A stretch of DNA of 64,000 bases from Somniosus microcephalus (Eukaryota), in assembly GCA_052327205.1 (NCBI GenBank), contig CM126226.1, positions 56,420,001 to 56,484,000 on the forward strand. Direction: 5' to 3'. The translations under genes and the position numbers were made by a program. Below, one piece after another: positions 25,050 to 38,312 of this stretch (positions within the stretch are counted from its first letter, which is position 1; each line of letters begins with the position of its first letter). The notes beneath the pieces are model-generated. The model was not told the DNA's origin and did not search any database. It worked only from the letters and a program-made list of their open reading frames with translations.

Positions 25050-26573
25050 TGACCAACGGTTCCACCACAGACCCAATTCATGTATGGACCGGGGTCAAGC
25101 AAGGCTGTGTCATCGAACCAATGCTCTTATCGATCTTCCTTGCGGCAATGCTCCATCTCACCCTCAGTAAGCTCCCTGCTGGAGTGGAGTTAATTTACAG
25201 AACAAACGGGAAACTGTTCAACCTCCGTCGCCTCCAGTCCAGATCCAAGGTTGTCCCTTCCTCTGTCGTTGAATTACAGTATGCAGACGATGCTTGTGTC
25301 TGCGCTCACTCAGAGGTCGAACTCCAAACCATCATTAACACCTTCACCGAAGCATACGAGAGCATGGGCCTTACATAGAAACATAGAAGATAGGAGCAGG
25401 AGTAGGCCATTCGGCCCCCCGAGCCTGCTCTGCCATTTAATGAGATCATGGCTGATCATCCAAATTCAGTACCCTGTTCCTGCTTTCTCCCCATATCCCT
25501 TGATCCCTTTAGCCTTAAGAAATATATCTAATTCCTTCTTGAATATATTTAATGAATTGGCCTCAACTGCTGTCTGTGGTAGAGAATTCCACAGGTTCAC
25601 CACTCTCTGGGCGAAGAAATTCCTCCTCATCTCTGTCCTAAATGGCTTACCCCTTATCCTTAGACTAAACATCCGTAAGACAAAGGTCCTCTACCCACCT
25701 GCCCCCGCCACACAGTACTGCCCCCCGATTATCAAAATCCACGACAAGGCCTTGGACAACGTGGACCACTTTCCATACCTCGGGAGCCTACTGTCAACAA
25801 GGGCAGACGTCAACGACGAAGTCCAACACTGCCTTCAGTGTGCCAGTGCAGCCTTCGGTCGCCTGAGGAAGAGAGTGTTTGAAGACCAGGACCTCCAACC
25901 CGGCACCAAGCTCATGGTCGACAGAGCAGCAGTGATACCCGCCCTCCTGTATGCTTCAGAGACATGGACCATGTACAGCAGGCACCTCAAAGCACTGGAG
26001 AGGTACCACCAACGCTGCCTCCACAAGATCCTGCAAATCCATTGGCAGGATAGGCGCACCAACGTCAGTGTTCTTGCTCAGGCCAACATTCCCAGCTCCG
26101 AAGCTTTGACCATGCTCAATCAGCTCCGATGGATGGGTCACATCGTCTGCATGCCCGATACGAGACTCCCAAAACAAGTGCTCTACTCGGAGCTCCGACA
26201 CGGCAAGAGAGCCCCAGGTGGGCAGAGGAAACGCTTCAAGGACACCCTCAAAGCCTCCTTGAAAAAGTGTAACATCCCCACCGACACCTGGGAATCCCTG
26301 GCCCAAGACCGCACAAAGTGGAGGAGAAGCATCCGGGAAGGCGCCAAACACATCGAGTCTCTTCGCCGGGAGCAAGTGGAAGCCAAGCGCAGGCAGCGCA
26401 AGGAGCGCACGTCAACCCAAGCACCCCACCCACCCGTCCCTTCAACCACTGTCTGCCCCACCTGTGACAGAGACTGTAGGTCCCGCATTGGACTCATCAA
26501 TCACCTGAGAACTCATTTTTAATGTGGAAGCAAGTCATCCTCGGTTCAGAGGGACTGCCTAAGAAGAAGAAGA
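25050..26573 (+). mobile_element. RTE-clade (BovB-like) LINE, 5'-truncated, with a nested CR1 fragment
   Basis: GVKQGCV, LQYADD, FPYLGS, LLYASETW, a C-terminal CPTC..HLRTH finger and an (AAG)n tail. A ~145-bp duplication flanks it. Confidence 0.92.
25373..25665 (-). mobile_element. CR1 3' fragment nested in the RTE
   Basis: Encodes SLRIRGKPFRTEMRRNFFAQRVVNLWNSLPQ. The RTE frame resumes at LNIRKTKV. Confidence 0.88.
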
Positions 26574-26749
26574 TTTCAAAATACTTCATCCCTTCAAGGA
26601 GGTTCTGTATCAGTGAATTGGGCCCATCGCTTCCGAGCGAACATGCTGTTCTAATGAAGATGTTTAAAATTGCTGTTTAAAAACTAGGCAAAATTCAGGG
26701 GAACCATGGAAACAAGTTCAACTTTTATTACCTGGCCCGCTCTCTTTGA

Positions 26750-28866
26750 GGTGAACTTTAACCCCCCAAAACAGGTGGGTTTGGGTCAGGCAGAATGTAA
26801 AGATTTTTTAAATGCCTCAAATCCGCCCACTTCCGATTTAATGGAGGTGGGATGAGGGTGGGCAACCAACCCGCTCCCAGGAGGCGGGGGCTCATTTAAA
26901 TATTTTAATGAGGCTGCATGCCTCAGATTTTCTCTCTCCTGGGTTTAACGCTGGCCAGCTGGGTTTCCTGGGCCTCGGGAAACCCGGCAACTAAAGGGAG
27001 GCCAGGACTGCTACGTGGAAGAGGTAAGTGCCCTTCCAGCACTGCTTGTGGGCCAGGAGAAGCTGGAGTGCTTCCTGTAGGGGGGCTTCTTTTAACTGGT
27101 TTAAGGTAATTTTCCTGGTCTTGCAGCCTTTGCCTGCACTCTGACCAATTCCAATCTTTTACCTGGATTACGGTAATTTACCTGGTCAGGCAGCCTGCTG
27201 CTACACTGTAAACCAATTTCCAATAAACCAATTTTCAAACAGCGGTTTCGAATCGCTACCCCACCTTCCAGTTCTGACTGAAGGACTTATAATTAATGAT
27301 ATTAAAACAGACACGTGGTTTGGATGAGAGAAAAAATCAAGTTTTATTAACTAAATGAACTACAATCAAATTATAAACTATACCACACGACCACAGTAAT
27401 TACAGTAAAATTGCTTAAATGGGGGAATGCAGATGGTAAAAACGAGGGATTAAATGGCTACAATGTTAATTAAACAATCTTAGCAATATCCCCTTAATTC
27501 ACCATCCCCTAACTCCTTACTCGGTTGCTTTGCTGAGGAGTCAGAAACTCTGCTCACATGTGGTCCAGCGAAGTGAGAGAGAGAGAGAGAGAGAGAGAGG
27601 CTCACATGTGGTCCCAGGAAGTAAAAACAGAGCGATAGCTTCTCAGGAGCTATCATATATACCTGGTGAGCCCCCCTGCTGTTTGCCTATCTGGAAAATT
27701 CGCGCCCAAAAAGTTCCAATGCACAAGAGAAAAGCTGTTGATTGGCTGATTCAAAGTGGTTGGAATGGGTTAATGTGTCTTCACTGTGGGGCCGAAATGT
27801 TCCCGCCCACATCCGGAGCTCACCTGGGCTAAAACAAAAGGGAATGCAACTGCTCTATTGTCCAGAATGATGGGTGATTTAAACCCATTCAATGCTTAAA
27901 CTGTTCTCATTCAAAATCCGGTCCATGGTTTCAATGTCTCATTGTGTGTCTGAGTAGTTATTGAATGTCTGTGGCTGTGTAAACATAGCCAATTGTTTTG
28001 CGGTTTCTACTCTCAAGTGGGTAATTGCTTAAGTCAATAAACAGACCTTGCCTCTGAAGAGAAGGGGAACCTCCCTGTTTTGATTGACAGGTCTGACTGC
28101 CACTGCTGGATCCTCCCACTTTTATACACAGACATCCTTGCTGCGAGCTGCTTTGTCCTTTTGCCATGCTTTGTGATGGCCATGTTAAAACCTTTTGTGA
28201 TTTACCAGGCTCCAGGGAACGACTTTATTAAGATATGTTGTCTCAATGTGTGCGAACACCTCCACGAACCTCCTCGATTCCGTTGTAGTCCATGCGCAGC
28301 CTAGCTCAGAGCAGTCCTTTGCGGTTCTAGGCACATTTTAAAACATTGTAGACAAGTCACATCACCCAATTCTTCGTCCACGATGTGGAACAGTATTTTC
28401 AATCTTCAGGGAAAAATAGGGGAATTTTGCGAAACCCCTACATTCCCCCCGCCCCCCAAGCTAATCTGCTTGGCTCCACACGATCGGACCCCACATGATA
28501 TCACTGAGCCCTCCCCCACAATCACTGATTTCCCCCCCCACCCCCTATCTCAACCCCGATCTGTCTCTGTCCCCCCACCCCCCTCCCCCGCCCGCGATCA
28601 CCCTTTGACCCTACAAACCACACTGTTACCCCTCTCCTTGCAATCTCTAGCCTGAGGAGCAGGACACCTACCTGGCCTCGGCTTCTTCTGCAGTGTCAAT
28701 CAGGCTGGCTTCCGGGCAAGGATCCTGTTGAAAAAAACCCAAGCAGGCTGCGGAGTTAAAACACCAGAGCGTTCAGGGAATCTCAGCCAGAACTCTCCCC
28801 CCACCATCCCCCCCCCTCCCGCCCCCGCCGACTCGGCCGCTTCCCGCCCCAGTAAAGGTCGGGGTT
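26750..28866. mobile_element. Non-autonomous Harbinger-like element interrupted by a solo LTR
   Basis: 26750-27075 is similar to 58239-58610. The GC-rich body resumes after 28446. Ends are approximate. Confidence 0.6.
27076..28442 (-). mobile_element. Solo LTR, 1367 bp
   Basis: TGTAGGGG...CCCCTACA inverted termini and 4-bp TSD TTCC. A minus-strand TATA (about 27660) precedes AATAAA (about 27345). Confidence 0.85.
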
Positions 28867-29097
28867 TTGTGACTCCAAGCTCTGCCTGCTCGCTCTGCAT
28901 TTTGGGAACCTTTCCTTCACCTCCATATCTTTAAAACCCATTCCAACTCATCACTGCCTCACAAGTCCCATTCCTTGTCTTTCCAACACTGGCTTCTATG
29001 CAAACCGCGGTCACCAAGGATTTCTTTCAGAATCTTTAACAATGTGAAATAGTAAAGGTCACCACAGACAACCCGATGTAACATGGCTCTCACTATA

Positions 29098-30195
29098 CAA
29101 ACATAGAAGATAGGAGCAGGAGTAGGCCAGGAGTGGTGAACCTGTGGAATTCTCTGCCACAGAGGGCGGTGGAGGCCAGTTCATTAAATATATTCAAAAA
29201 GGAGTTGGATATATTTCTTAAAGCTAAAGGGATCAAGGGATATGGGGCGAAAGCAGGGACAGGGTACTGAATTTGGATGATCAGCCATGATCTCATTAAA
29301 TGGTGGAGCAGGCTCGAAGGGCCGAATGGCCTACTCCTGCTCCTATCTTCTATGTTTCTATGTTTCTATGCAGCCCCTCGAGCCTGCTCCGCCATTCAAT
29401 GAGATCATGGCTGATCATCCAAACTCAGTACCCCGTTCCTGCCTTCTCCCCATATCCCTTGATCCCTTTAGGCTTAAAAAATATATCTAACTCTTTCTTG
29501 AATATATTTAATGAATTGGCCTCAACTGCCTTCTGTGGTAGAGAATTCCACAGGTTCACCATTCTCTAGGTGAAGAAATTCCTCCTCATCTCTGTCCTAA
29601 ATGGCTCACCCCTTATCTTTAGACTGTGACCCCTGGTTCTGGACTCCCCCACCATCGGGAACATCCTTCCTGCATCTAGTCTGTCTAGTCCTGTTAGAAT
29701 TTTATAAGTTTCAATGAGATCCCCTCTCATTCTTCTAAACTCCAGTGAGTATAAGCCCAATCGACCCAATCTCTCCTCATACGTCATTCCTGCCATCCCA
29801 CGTATCAGTCTGGTGAATCTTCGCTGCACTCTCTCCATGGCAAGAACATCCTTCCTCAGATAAGGCGACCAAAACTGCACACAATACTCAAGGTGTGGTC
29901 TCACCAAGGCCCTGTACAACTGCAGCAAGACATCCTTGTTGCTGTACTCGAATCCTCTCGCAACGAAGGTCAACATATCATTTGCCTTCTTAACTGCCTG
30001 CTGCAGCTGCATGCTTACCTTCAGCGACTGGTGCACAAGGACATCCAGGTCTCGTTGCACTTCCCCTTCTCCTAATCTATTGCTGTTCAGATAATAATCT
30101 GCCTTCCTGTTTTTGCCACCAAAGTGGATAACCTCGCATTTATCCACATTATACTGCATCTGCCATGCATCTGCCCAATCACCCAACCTGTCCTA
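29098..30195 (-). mobile_element. CR1 3' fragment with an opposite-orientation CR1 3' end nested in its 3'UTR (about 29130-29370)
   Basis: RT C-terminal ORF at 29566-30186 and two 3'UTRs in inverted orientation. Confidence 0.87.
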
Positions 30196-31984
30196 TTGAG
30201 GCTCTTTCCTTGTTTTTCCATCAACTTTGTCACCTCCAGCCCTTGCAGTATTTTTATACACAGGTTGGTCGCTTCTTAACACAATCCTGCTCCTGTTCCA
30301 GAACGAGCAGCAGTGGCCTCTGGATTCATTGCCTCGGGATAGGATGCCAATCCCAACTTTAGCAGTTCAAGATTTTTACAATGAGATTCAGATAAGGCAG
30401 CTTCTGGTTACTTCTCCCTAGTTAAAGCTAATGGCCCTGAGAAAAACTGCCAGTAATATAGATGGCAGTGCCCTGATTATCATACCGATCATTGAGTCTA
30501 TCAAAATCCTTATGTGCTTGATCTGCAAGAGTTCATCTCGCAGTATAGCACTGGCACAGGCTGATCAATAATGCACCAAAAAGGCAGCGGTGTCAAATCA
30601 GAACCGTAGGTGTCGTGCCTGTGTCATGTTCCCTCCACCATGTGGCAGAGCCGTGGGCACGAATGAGAACAACATCTGCATCGAAAAGCAGTTGACCCCA
30701 GTGGTGAAAGAATCAATCCTCCATCTCCAGTTGTGAGAAGCAAAAGCCAGCAAGGCAGTCAGGGTGTGCATCGTTCAATCATCCGCGTCAGCAGGAACAG
30801 GCACCCAGCGGGCAGGCTTGAAAGGGTTCGGGCAAAGGCAGAGGAGGCCTACAAGTAGACGATGGTACAAAATGCTACGCCGTATGGCAGAGGGAAGCAA
30901 AGATCACAGGAAACTTCAGCTGTCCTGAAGTGGAGTGACGGTACAAGAGGAAAGGTGAGTGAATCAGCTGGGCAAATTAATGCATTTCCATACAAAGCTA
31001 AAAAGAGCCCGTAAAGTTGATAAACTATTCTGGAAACTGTGTTTTGTTTTTACAATCAAGTCAGACTGGTTACTCGCGCTCTGGGTAATTCCCTATTTAC
31101 TGGTGTGCATTGTGTGTGGGATTATTACTGGGAGGGGGATCAGTGTGTGGTTATTAACAGTAGCAGGCACGCAGAACGAGGAAATAGCTCATGAAATGTA
31201 CAGCTGTTAGAAACAGCTGCTTCTGTCTCAAAGGCTATCTGCAACATTCAATACTGAAAATCTCCAATTATTTATTAAGTTTTAATGTAAAATTGTAATG
31301 CTACTTATTGAGATAGCTAATTAGTGAGAATAACCATTCACTTCTAATGCTAAATGTAATGAGCGGAAAAATTGAAATTGGGATTTTCTGCAGTTAGATT
31401 CCTGAAGTATTCAGAACAATTTAGCAGTTGATCCACATCTTCCACGGACTATATTAACCAATAATTCTGAATTGCAGCTTAAGAAGAAATAAGTTTCACT
31501 GATTGCTGGATTCAGGGGAGTAAGAAGTCTGAATGTTCGGCCAACAGCCAGAATCAACTGACTGTCGAGTGTCATCAATAGCAATGCAGCGGAGCAACAC
31601 CACCTCAGGAGACCTCGCTGTGAATGTGAACAACCTCTGTCAAACAAAAACCATTGGATGCCTGTGACTGACAAGTCTAGGAATATCAAAGGGTCAGCAC
31701 TTGATGGGGACAAGGGCTTAAAGAATGCCAGCAGTGAAATCTGTCATCTTTAATTAAGTGGCTTGAATCAGAACAAAGTGCTTATTTGATTATTTGTTTT
31801 AAAATGATTCATAACCATCATGTAGAGAATAATGTACACCAGGGAATGATTACAAGACAATCACGTTATTAAGAGATTTAATTTTTTTTAACATTTCCTC
31901 TCTTCCCCGTCCTCTCCTCTTCCCACCTCTCTCCTCTTCCCTCCCCTCTCCTCTTCCCTCCCCTCTCCTACTTTCTGCTACCTT

Positions 31985-32278
31985 ATCCAAATGGCCATTC
32001 TTCCTGTGCGTGTCTGGATACTGATGTCAGCAGCTTATTTAAACTCGGGGGTCCTGGGCAATGCCAACGCTGTCCTCAGCTGATGTCTATACAGGTGCAC
32101 GTTCCAACCGGGGGGTCACTGGATGGCAATAGGGCAGAGGGACACCAGCTGATTTTTCCCTGTTCCTAACTGAAAGGAGCTGGACCCTTGCTATCAAACG
32201 GAGAGCTGAGTCTGGAACCTCCCAGCCTGCATGTCCCAGTTGCAGACTATTGTACCAACCAAGTCACGGGGGCAGCTT
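31985..32278 (-). mobile_element. Old SINE-like repeat, degenerate
   Basis: Loosely similar to 56185-56700. Confidence 0.4.
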
Positions 32279-33239
32279 TGCTAATAAACTATTTCTAACC
32301 AAGCGCCCTCAGAGTGTAAGAAACCACCCAGACTTCCTTGTTTTCCATGAAATAAATATGCCCCCGTGTTAAATAATGGATTGTGTTTGATGTCCATGAA
32401 AGCTGACATTGTTCTCTCAAACACACAAGCCAAAGGCTTTGTAACAGCTTCATCTGCCCACCACAGTCACTATTGAAAATCTCCAGCTACTTATTCATTC
32501 TTAATGAAAAGAATTTTGCAATCTTACTCCTTAAAATAATTAATCATACAAAAATTGAAACCATTTGTTTGTTCTACGCATCAGATTACGTGTAATAAAG
32601 CAAAATCTGAACGTACCCTGGAAGCACCTGTGTGATGCGAGTATACAGTGGGTGGGGGCGAGATTGAGCTTGGTTGGCCCCTTAGGGTTCAAAAATGGCG
32701 TCTGTGGTGCATGCGCACACTTCTGACGCAAAGCGCGGCGGACACCATATTGGTAAAGGGGTTCGTGCGTGTGCACTTAACGTCTGTCAGGTGTATGTAC
32801 AGCAGGCAGAGTGTGACGTTGATCAGCATGCAATGTTGAGTTAATGCCAGGGCTGCCATTCCGGAGCTCCACGCTCCAGCCGGCGCCCTCTCTTAGCCTC
32901 GCACAGCTGAACACGATGTTAAGCGGCATGAAGGACCCCCCACCCACCAGCGCTATTTAAAGGGTTCATCAACTACTTACAGGTTGGTTGATTTCTTCTG
33001 GCTTTTGCTACAGTTCTACACATTTTTGGTGCTTTCCATATTTGTTTCAAGTTTCAAAAGTCTACAGGGAGGGGTGTGGCAGGGCTGATGTACTTTTTGC
33101 TGACTTCAAGCTTCTGCACAGACCAGTTGCTCCCAGACAGGGGTGCACTAGTAGACCTTCCTCTTCGAAATCGAGCATGTTTGGGAGAGTGAGCAGAGGC
33201 CACACAGAGCAGGACAAGCTGCTGGAAGAGGGGGGAGTG

Positions 33240-35389
33240 GAGAAGGGCTCTCAGCAGGAGGCCATATCTGCCCAGGGTGTTCAGGGAGCAATTTTCCTAC
33301 CTGAACTTCAGTGAAGACCAATGTTTGAGACGTCTGTTCTTCACTAAAGAGGTCGTCACTGAAATCTGCCATCTGCTGCAGCCACAACTCCAACCACAGA
33401 GTGAAGGGATATTTACTAGTCCTAGCCCTTTTAGGGCTACCCCAGATCGGGCGTATTTCTCAGACATTCACTTTCAACTAAAGTTTGAGGTAGCCAAATC
33501 CTAAAGACGCTTAATTGGGTCTAAAGGTCCGAGTTATCTCTCCCTAAAGGAAAGGAACAACCCGAGAATGTTACCATCCTCCAGATAGCACTTTTAATAA
33601 GTTTAGCTAGACTGTAACGTCCCGGATATTATGAGGGTCCAGAAAACTCCCTCAGAATTCTGTAACTCTTCACCAAAGAGTGTACAGAGATTGAGTTTGC
33701 GAGTTTTTGATACAGAAGACTTATGTGAGACAATTCTAAAACTATATAGTGATTTATTAAAAGAACCGACTTACAATTTACAGTTGGTGAATCAGTCAAT
33801 CACAACGTTAACAGTTCTAAAAAGAGAAAAAGTACTATCTTATTATTAACAGAGAATCTTACTTTTAAATCTTAACTTCGCTACAGTATTACAGTTCTTA
33901 AAGTTTTCTATGTAGGATATCCATCAATATCAAATACCTTTGATCCCCGAGGTACAAAGAGTTGGAGATCACAGAGCCGCCTCTGTAGCTGAGAATTGCT
34001 TTGCCCGATTAAAGCGAATCTGATATCCCATTTGAGAGTTCAATATTTATACCCTATTTCAGTGGTATTGCCTTTAAAGTTTCTGCTGATGCAAGTTAAT
34101 TATCCCTGTTCATCTTTCTGCCGACCTCTGCAATTCTTATTGCTACATCAGCTTGTAATATTCCAGAATCTTGTCTCATCTCCAGGTGTTCTGGGTTTAC
34201 AGAACGGTGTGAAAGGCAGGTGTTTCTTATTTTATGTCATCTTTACGAGGGCAGATGTTTCTTATCTTATGTGCCATCTTTTACGAAGTTTAAATTAGAA
34301 CACCTTATCCAGGGTGAACCATTGTTTTTGTTCCCAAAAGTCAGCCTGTCGGAGCCATGCACCTTCTGTTTCAATAAGGTTATTTATTCAGGGTCAACAA
34401 CTGTCTTATCTCAATAGCCAGAATTCTTTCACAGCTATTTCATGGTTCGGTTTGTAAATTTCCAAACCCAGCTTGTCCTGTTTTAATGAGGCCAGAATTA
34501 TTTCACAACATGGTGTCTTTTTCTGAATAGGTTGTACGGCTCATTCCTTCACAAGAGCAGGGCAAGTACCGCATTGCCAGTGGCTGTGATGGTGACTGTA
34601 GCGATGAACTTTTATACGTCCGGCTCCTTCCAGGCCTGTGCTGGAGATATTAGCAACATCTTGCAGTTTGTAGTGCACTGTTGCATAAAGGAGGTCACTG
34701 ATGCTCTCTATTCAGAGAGATAACTTCATTTCATTCCTTCTGGCCAGAGAGAAGCAGGTGATGTGAGCACGAGGGTTTGCAAGGATTACAAGCTTCCCCA
34801 TGGTGCAGGGTGTCGCTGACTGCACGCACATTGCTTTGTGAGCACCTCATGCCAACTCTGCATGTACCTGAACCAAAAGGTGTGTGACGAATCATGTAGG
34901 CCAATGCCCGGTATCCTGGCAGCAGTCATGATGCCTTTATTCTGCGGCAGTCCGCTGACCCAGTTGCATTTCTGCCACCACAGCAAACCAAAGGGTGGCT
35001 ACTGGGCGACACGGGCTATCCTCCAATGACATATCTCATGACTCCGGTTCACAACCTACGCACACTTGGCAGCATGCATACAACAAAAGCCATGCTGCCA
35101 CACGCAATGTGATAGAGCAGACCATTGGTGTACTAAAGCGACGATTCTGCTGCCTGGACCACTCTGGAGGAGCCCTGCAGTACTCGGCTGTTCAGATCTA
35201 TTTGTGGTGGTATGCTGTATGCTGCACAACTGTGCCATCATGACGGAACAGCCCTTGCTACTACCTATCAGGCGAGAAGCTGAGGAGCAGGAGCTGGAAG
35301 AGGAGGAAGAGGAAGGAAGGCTGCAACCTAGACAGCCCCTTTCTGCCCGGGTTGTACGTGAAGATCTAATTCAAATGCGATACCAGTAA
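33240..35389 (+). pseudogene. Harbinger DDE transposase, frameshifted and LTR-interrupted
   Basis: Motifs occur in several frames. QPQ|SRASTALPVAV is joined when 33402-34553 is removed. Confidence 0.85.
33402..34553 (-). mobile_element. Solo LTR, 1152 bp
   Basis: TG...CA ends (TGAAGGGAT...ATTCCTTCACA) and 4-bp TSD AGAG. A minus-strand TATAAA (about 34048) precedes AATAAA (about 33755). Confidence 0.82.
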
Positions 35390-35954
35390 CCTCTACCTCA
35401 ATTCTCCATTCACCAACAGTCCCACACTCCTTACCTTTCCTCTGTCACTGACCATCACATCGTCACATATTTGGCCCCCTGTTGATGCGTGTGGCCAATG
35501 AACAGCACAGTTAGTGCTGGTTACACACAACAATCATGATAACGAGCAGGCAGCATGAACTTGCCGTGCTGCCTGTATTACACTAAACCGGCGCGGACTA
35601 ATCGCGCATCATGATCCCACGCACGTTTTCAGAGACTATCCAATTTAACCCCCCCTTCAATCTTAATTGCTTTTTCTGAAATTACTTTCTTCACCATTTA
35701 TTTTAAATGGATCAGTACCTCCGCTAAAATAATGGGAGAGGAATTTCTGTCCAACGCACTAATTGGCATGTTAGTATCCCACAGATCATTTCGGGGCGAT
35801 TGCGGCTCGCTGCAGCTACATGCCTGAAGTATCCAGCAGTTAACTCATACCATCCACAAAGCTTCCAACGTGTTCTTTTAGTTTTTCTGAATTGCCGTTT
35901 AAGAAGAAATAAGTTTCACTGATTGCTGGGTTCAGGGGGGTAAGAAGTCTGAAT

Positions 35955-36703
35955 GGGCCGTATTTTCCGATCAAAAGCTTCCCGCGTGCGGAAACCTCCG
36001 ATCTGGAAAAAATCTACGCACTTACCCGAGGGCACCCAAGATGCATATAGTTCCAATCCTAAGCCTCTCCAAACTCCAAGTGCGCAGGGCCCAGGTATCC
36101 CAGAGGCGCAGGCGGTTCGCAGCGTCCCTGGGATCACGTGGGCCATGGGGAGCCAATAGAAGAAGGGAATCTCCCGTCATACACTTGATAGATAGACCCG
36201 TCAAATATATGAATGGAGATCACCCCAAAAACGCAACAAAACATTAAATAAAAAAATTTTAAATCACATTTTTAAAATGAGTTGAAATTACAATAAATTA
36301 AATATTTTAAACAAAAATTCCATTTTTTGAAAAAAATAATTAATTTTTACGGGGCTAAAAATAAACTTTTTTAAAAAGTATTTTTAAATGATAAATGAGT
36401 GAAAAAAATATTTTAAAAATATTTTTCAACTCTTATCCTGGTAGAAGCAGGCCTTACCTGCTTTTACCAGGCGTAAGATTTCTAAATGTTTTCTGTGGGC
36501 AGAGGGTCTCCAGAAAGCGGAACTCTCCCCCTGCAGAGACCCTTCTCCAGGGCAGGCGTCCGATCTGTCGACAGCTTTCTTGACAGGTCGGAAATGCCGG
36601 CTTCCAGCACATGCGCAGTGCATGCCTCAAACCGGCATTTCCGATGTCCCTATGGGTGTGTACACAACGCATACCCACCCGTAGGGATCGGAATATACTG
36701 CCC
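35955..36703. mobile_element. Non-autonomous PIF/Harbinger-type element
   Basis: 18-bp TIR GGGC(C/A)GTAT(T/A)TTCCGATC and TSD AAT. The empty site is visible in the paralogous segment at about 31533. Confidence 0.9.
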
Positions 36704-37536
36704 AATGTTTAGCCAACAGTCCGAATCAACTGACTGTCGAGTGTGATCAATAGCAGTGCAGCGGAGCAACAGCACCTCAGGAGACCTCGCTGTGAATGTG
36801 AACAACCTCTGTCAAACAAAACCCATTAGGTGCCTGTGACTGACAAGTCTAGAAATAGCAAAGGGTCAGCACTTGATGGGGACAAGGGCTTAAAGAATGC
36901 CAGCAGTGAAATCTGTCATCTTTAATGAAGTGGCTTGAATAGGAAATATGCTTGTTTGATTCAATTTCTTGTTTAAAAATGATTTAGAACCATTATATAA
37001 AAAATAATGGGAGTATTTGCAAAGCAGTAACATCACTGAGTGATTTAAAAACTTTTATCCTGATTTCCCTCCTGCTCCCGTCCCCTCTACAGCGAGAACG
37101 CTCACACCTGCAGTATTCAAAACAATTTACCAGTTAATTAACATCTTCTCTCAGTTTTCTGCATGCTCCCTAATTATTTTTAATTGCAGTTTGGAAAGAA
37201 ATAAGTAGCACTTGCTGCTGGGTTTGGGGGTTATGGGGTCAGTGAGCATTATGCCAACAGCCAGAATCAGCTGAGCTCATCAAGTGCCATTAGTAGCAAG
37301 AGTCACTGCAAGTAACCGGGAGTAAGACCAGGTGCAGTGTTAGCATTCCTCCCCTCCCTCCCCGCTAGCACGGCTGCTGAGATTGCCCTTCTCGAGGGCA
37401 ATTAGGGATGGGCAATAAATGCTGGCCTTGACAGCGAAGCCCACATCCCATAAACAAATTTTTAAAAAATTCACTAACTCAGCAGAGGGTGGGGATTGAA
37501 CCTGGATCTTCAGTGTTTTATGGCTCAGTTTCACAC

Positions 37537-38312
37537 GGGGGCAATTTTATCCCCCCCACGCGGCGGGAATGGGGCAGTCGTGCAGTTAAAATCAGCTCCA
37601 ACTTACCGGCCTGTTTCCGCCCCATTACCACCTGCCGCCATCTTAACTGGGCCTTTTTTCAGGCCTGACTTGGGCAGGAGCCTCATTAATTCAGGCAAAT
37701 CGGTGTCCTGTGATGTCATTAGGACCCCATGGTATTTTAACGGCTGACAGAGCGAGCGGTGGGCCCGCTGCCTCGCCTCATTCCATGGAACACGCTCGGC
37801 CTGAAGAAGAGTGCCTGTAAGGCAAGTGGGTGCGGAGAGACAGCGGAGTCTGGGCCTCTGCTGCCCCAGGCTGAGTCCCCCCAACCAACACCCTCGCCCC
37901 CACCCCCACAACACCCAGCACCCCCTCTACCCCACACCCCACAACACCCCCCATTCCCCTCTACCCTCCCACCCCCAACCAACACCCCCCCACCCCAACC
38001 CCCCTCACCTCCCCCTCCCCTCCCCCCACCTCTGCTGCCCCAGGCTCAACCCCCCAACCAACCCCCCACTTCCCACCCGTAAAAAACCCCGCAGAAACCG
38101 CCCGCTCCACAATTGACCCGAGTGCCAATGGTCGACCTTCAGGCAATTGACCAGCTTCCTCATTCTGCTTTTCTCGGGCAAGTAGCTGGCTGGCAAGTCA
38201 CATGTAAATGAGGCCTGGGCATTAAAAGAGTTCAGGCCTCAAATTGATGATATCGGAGGGGGGGAGGGGGTTTGACGCCCACCTGAAACCTTCTCCCAGT
38301 TAAACCCCCCCC
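37537..38312. mobile_element. Probable non-autonomous Harbinger-like element
   Basis: GGGGGCAATTTT start, GC-rich body with C tracts, TTAAACCCCC end. TIRs are degenerate. Confidence 0.45.

Larger units (their letters stand above)
32654..35652 (+). mobile_element. PIF/Harbinger transposon with a decayed transposase
   Basis: HARBI1-like motifs YLNFSEDQCLRRL, ALPVAVMVTVAMNFYTSGSFQ, TRNVIEQTIGVLKRRF, VVVCCMLHN and an acidic tail. Ends are approximate. Confidence 0.85.

Noticed and set aside
25251-26522. 423-aa ORF as a novel chimeric gene
   Set aside because: Chance read-through of an antisense CR1 fragment into the RTE ORF.
31616-31652. ACAAAAACC, a V(D)J RSS nonamer
   Set aside because: No CAC heptamer at 12- or 23-bp spacing and no V or J coding segment; the paralogous copy has an altered nonamer.
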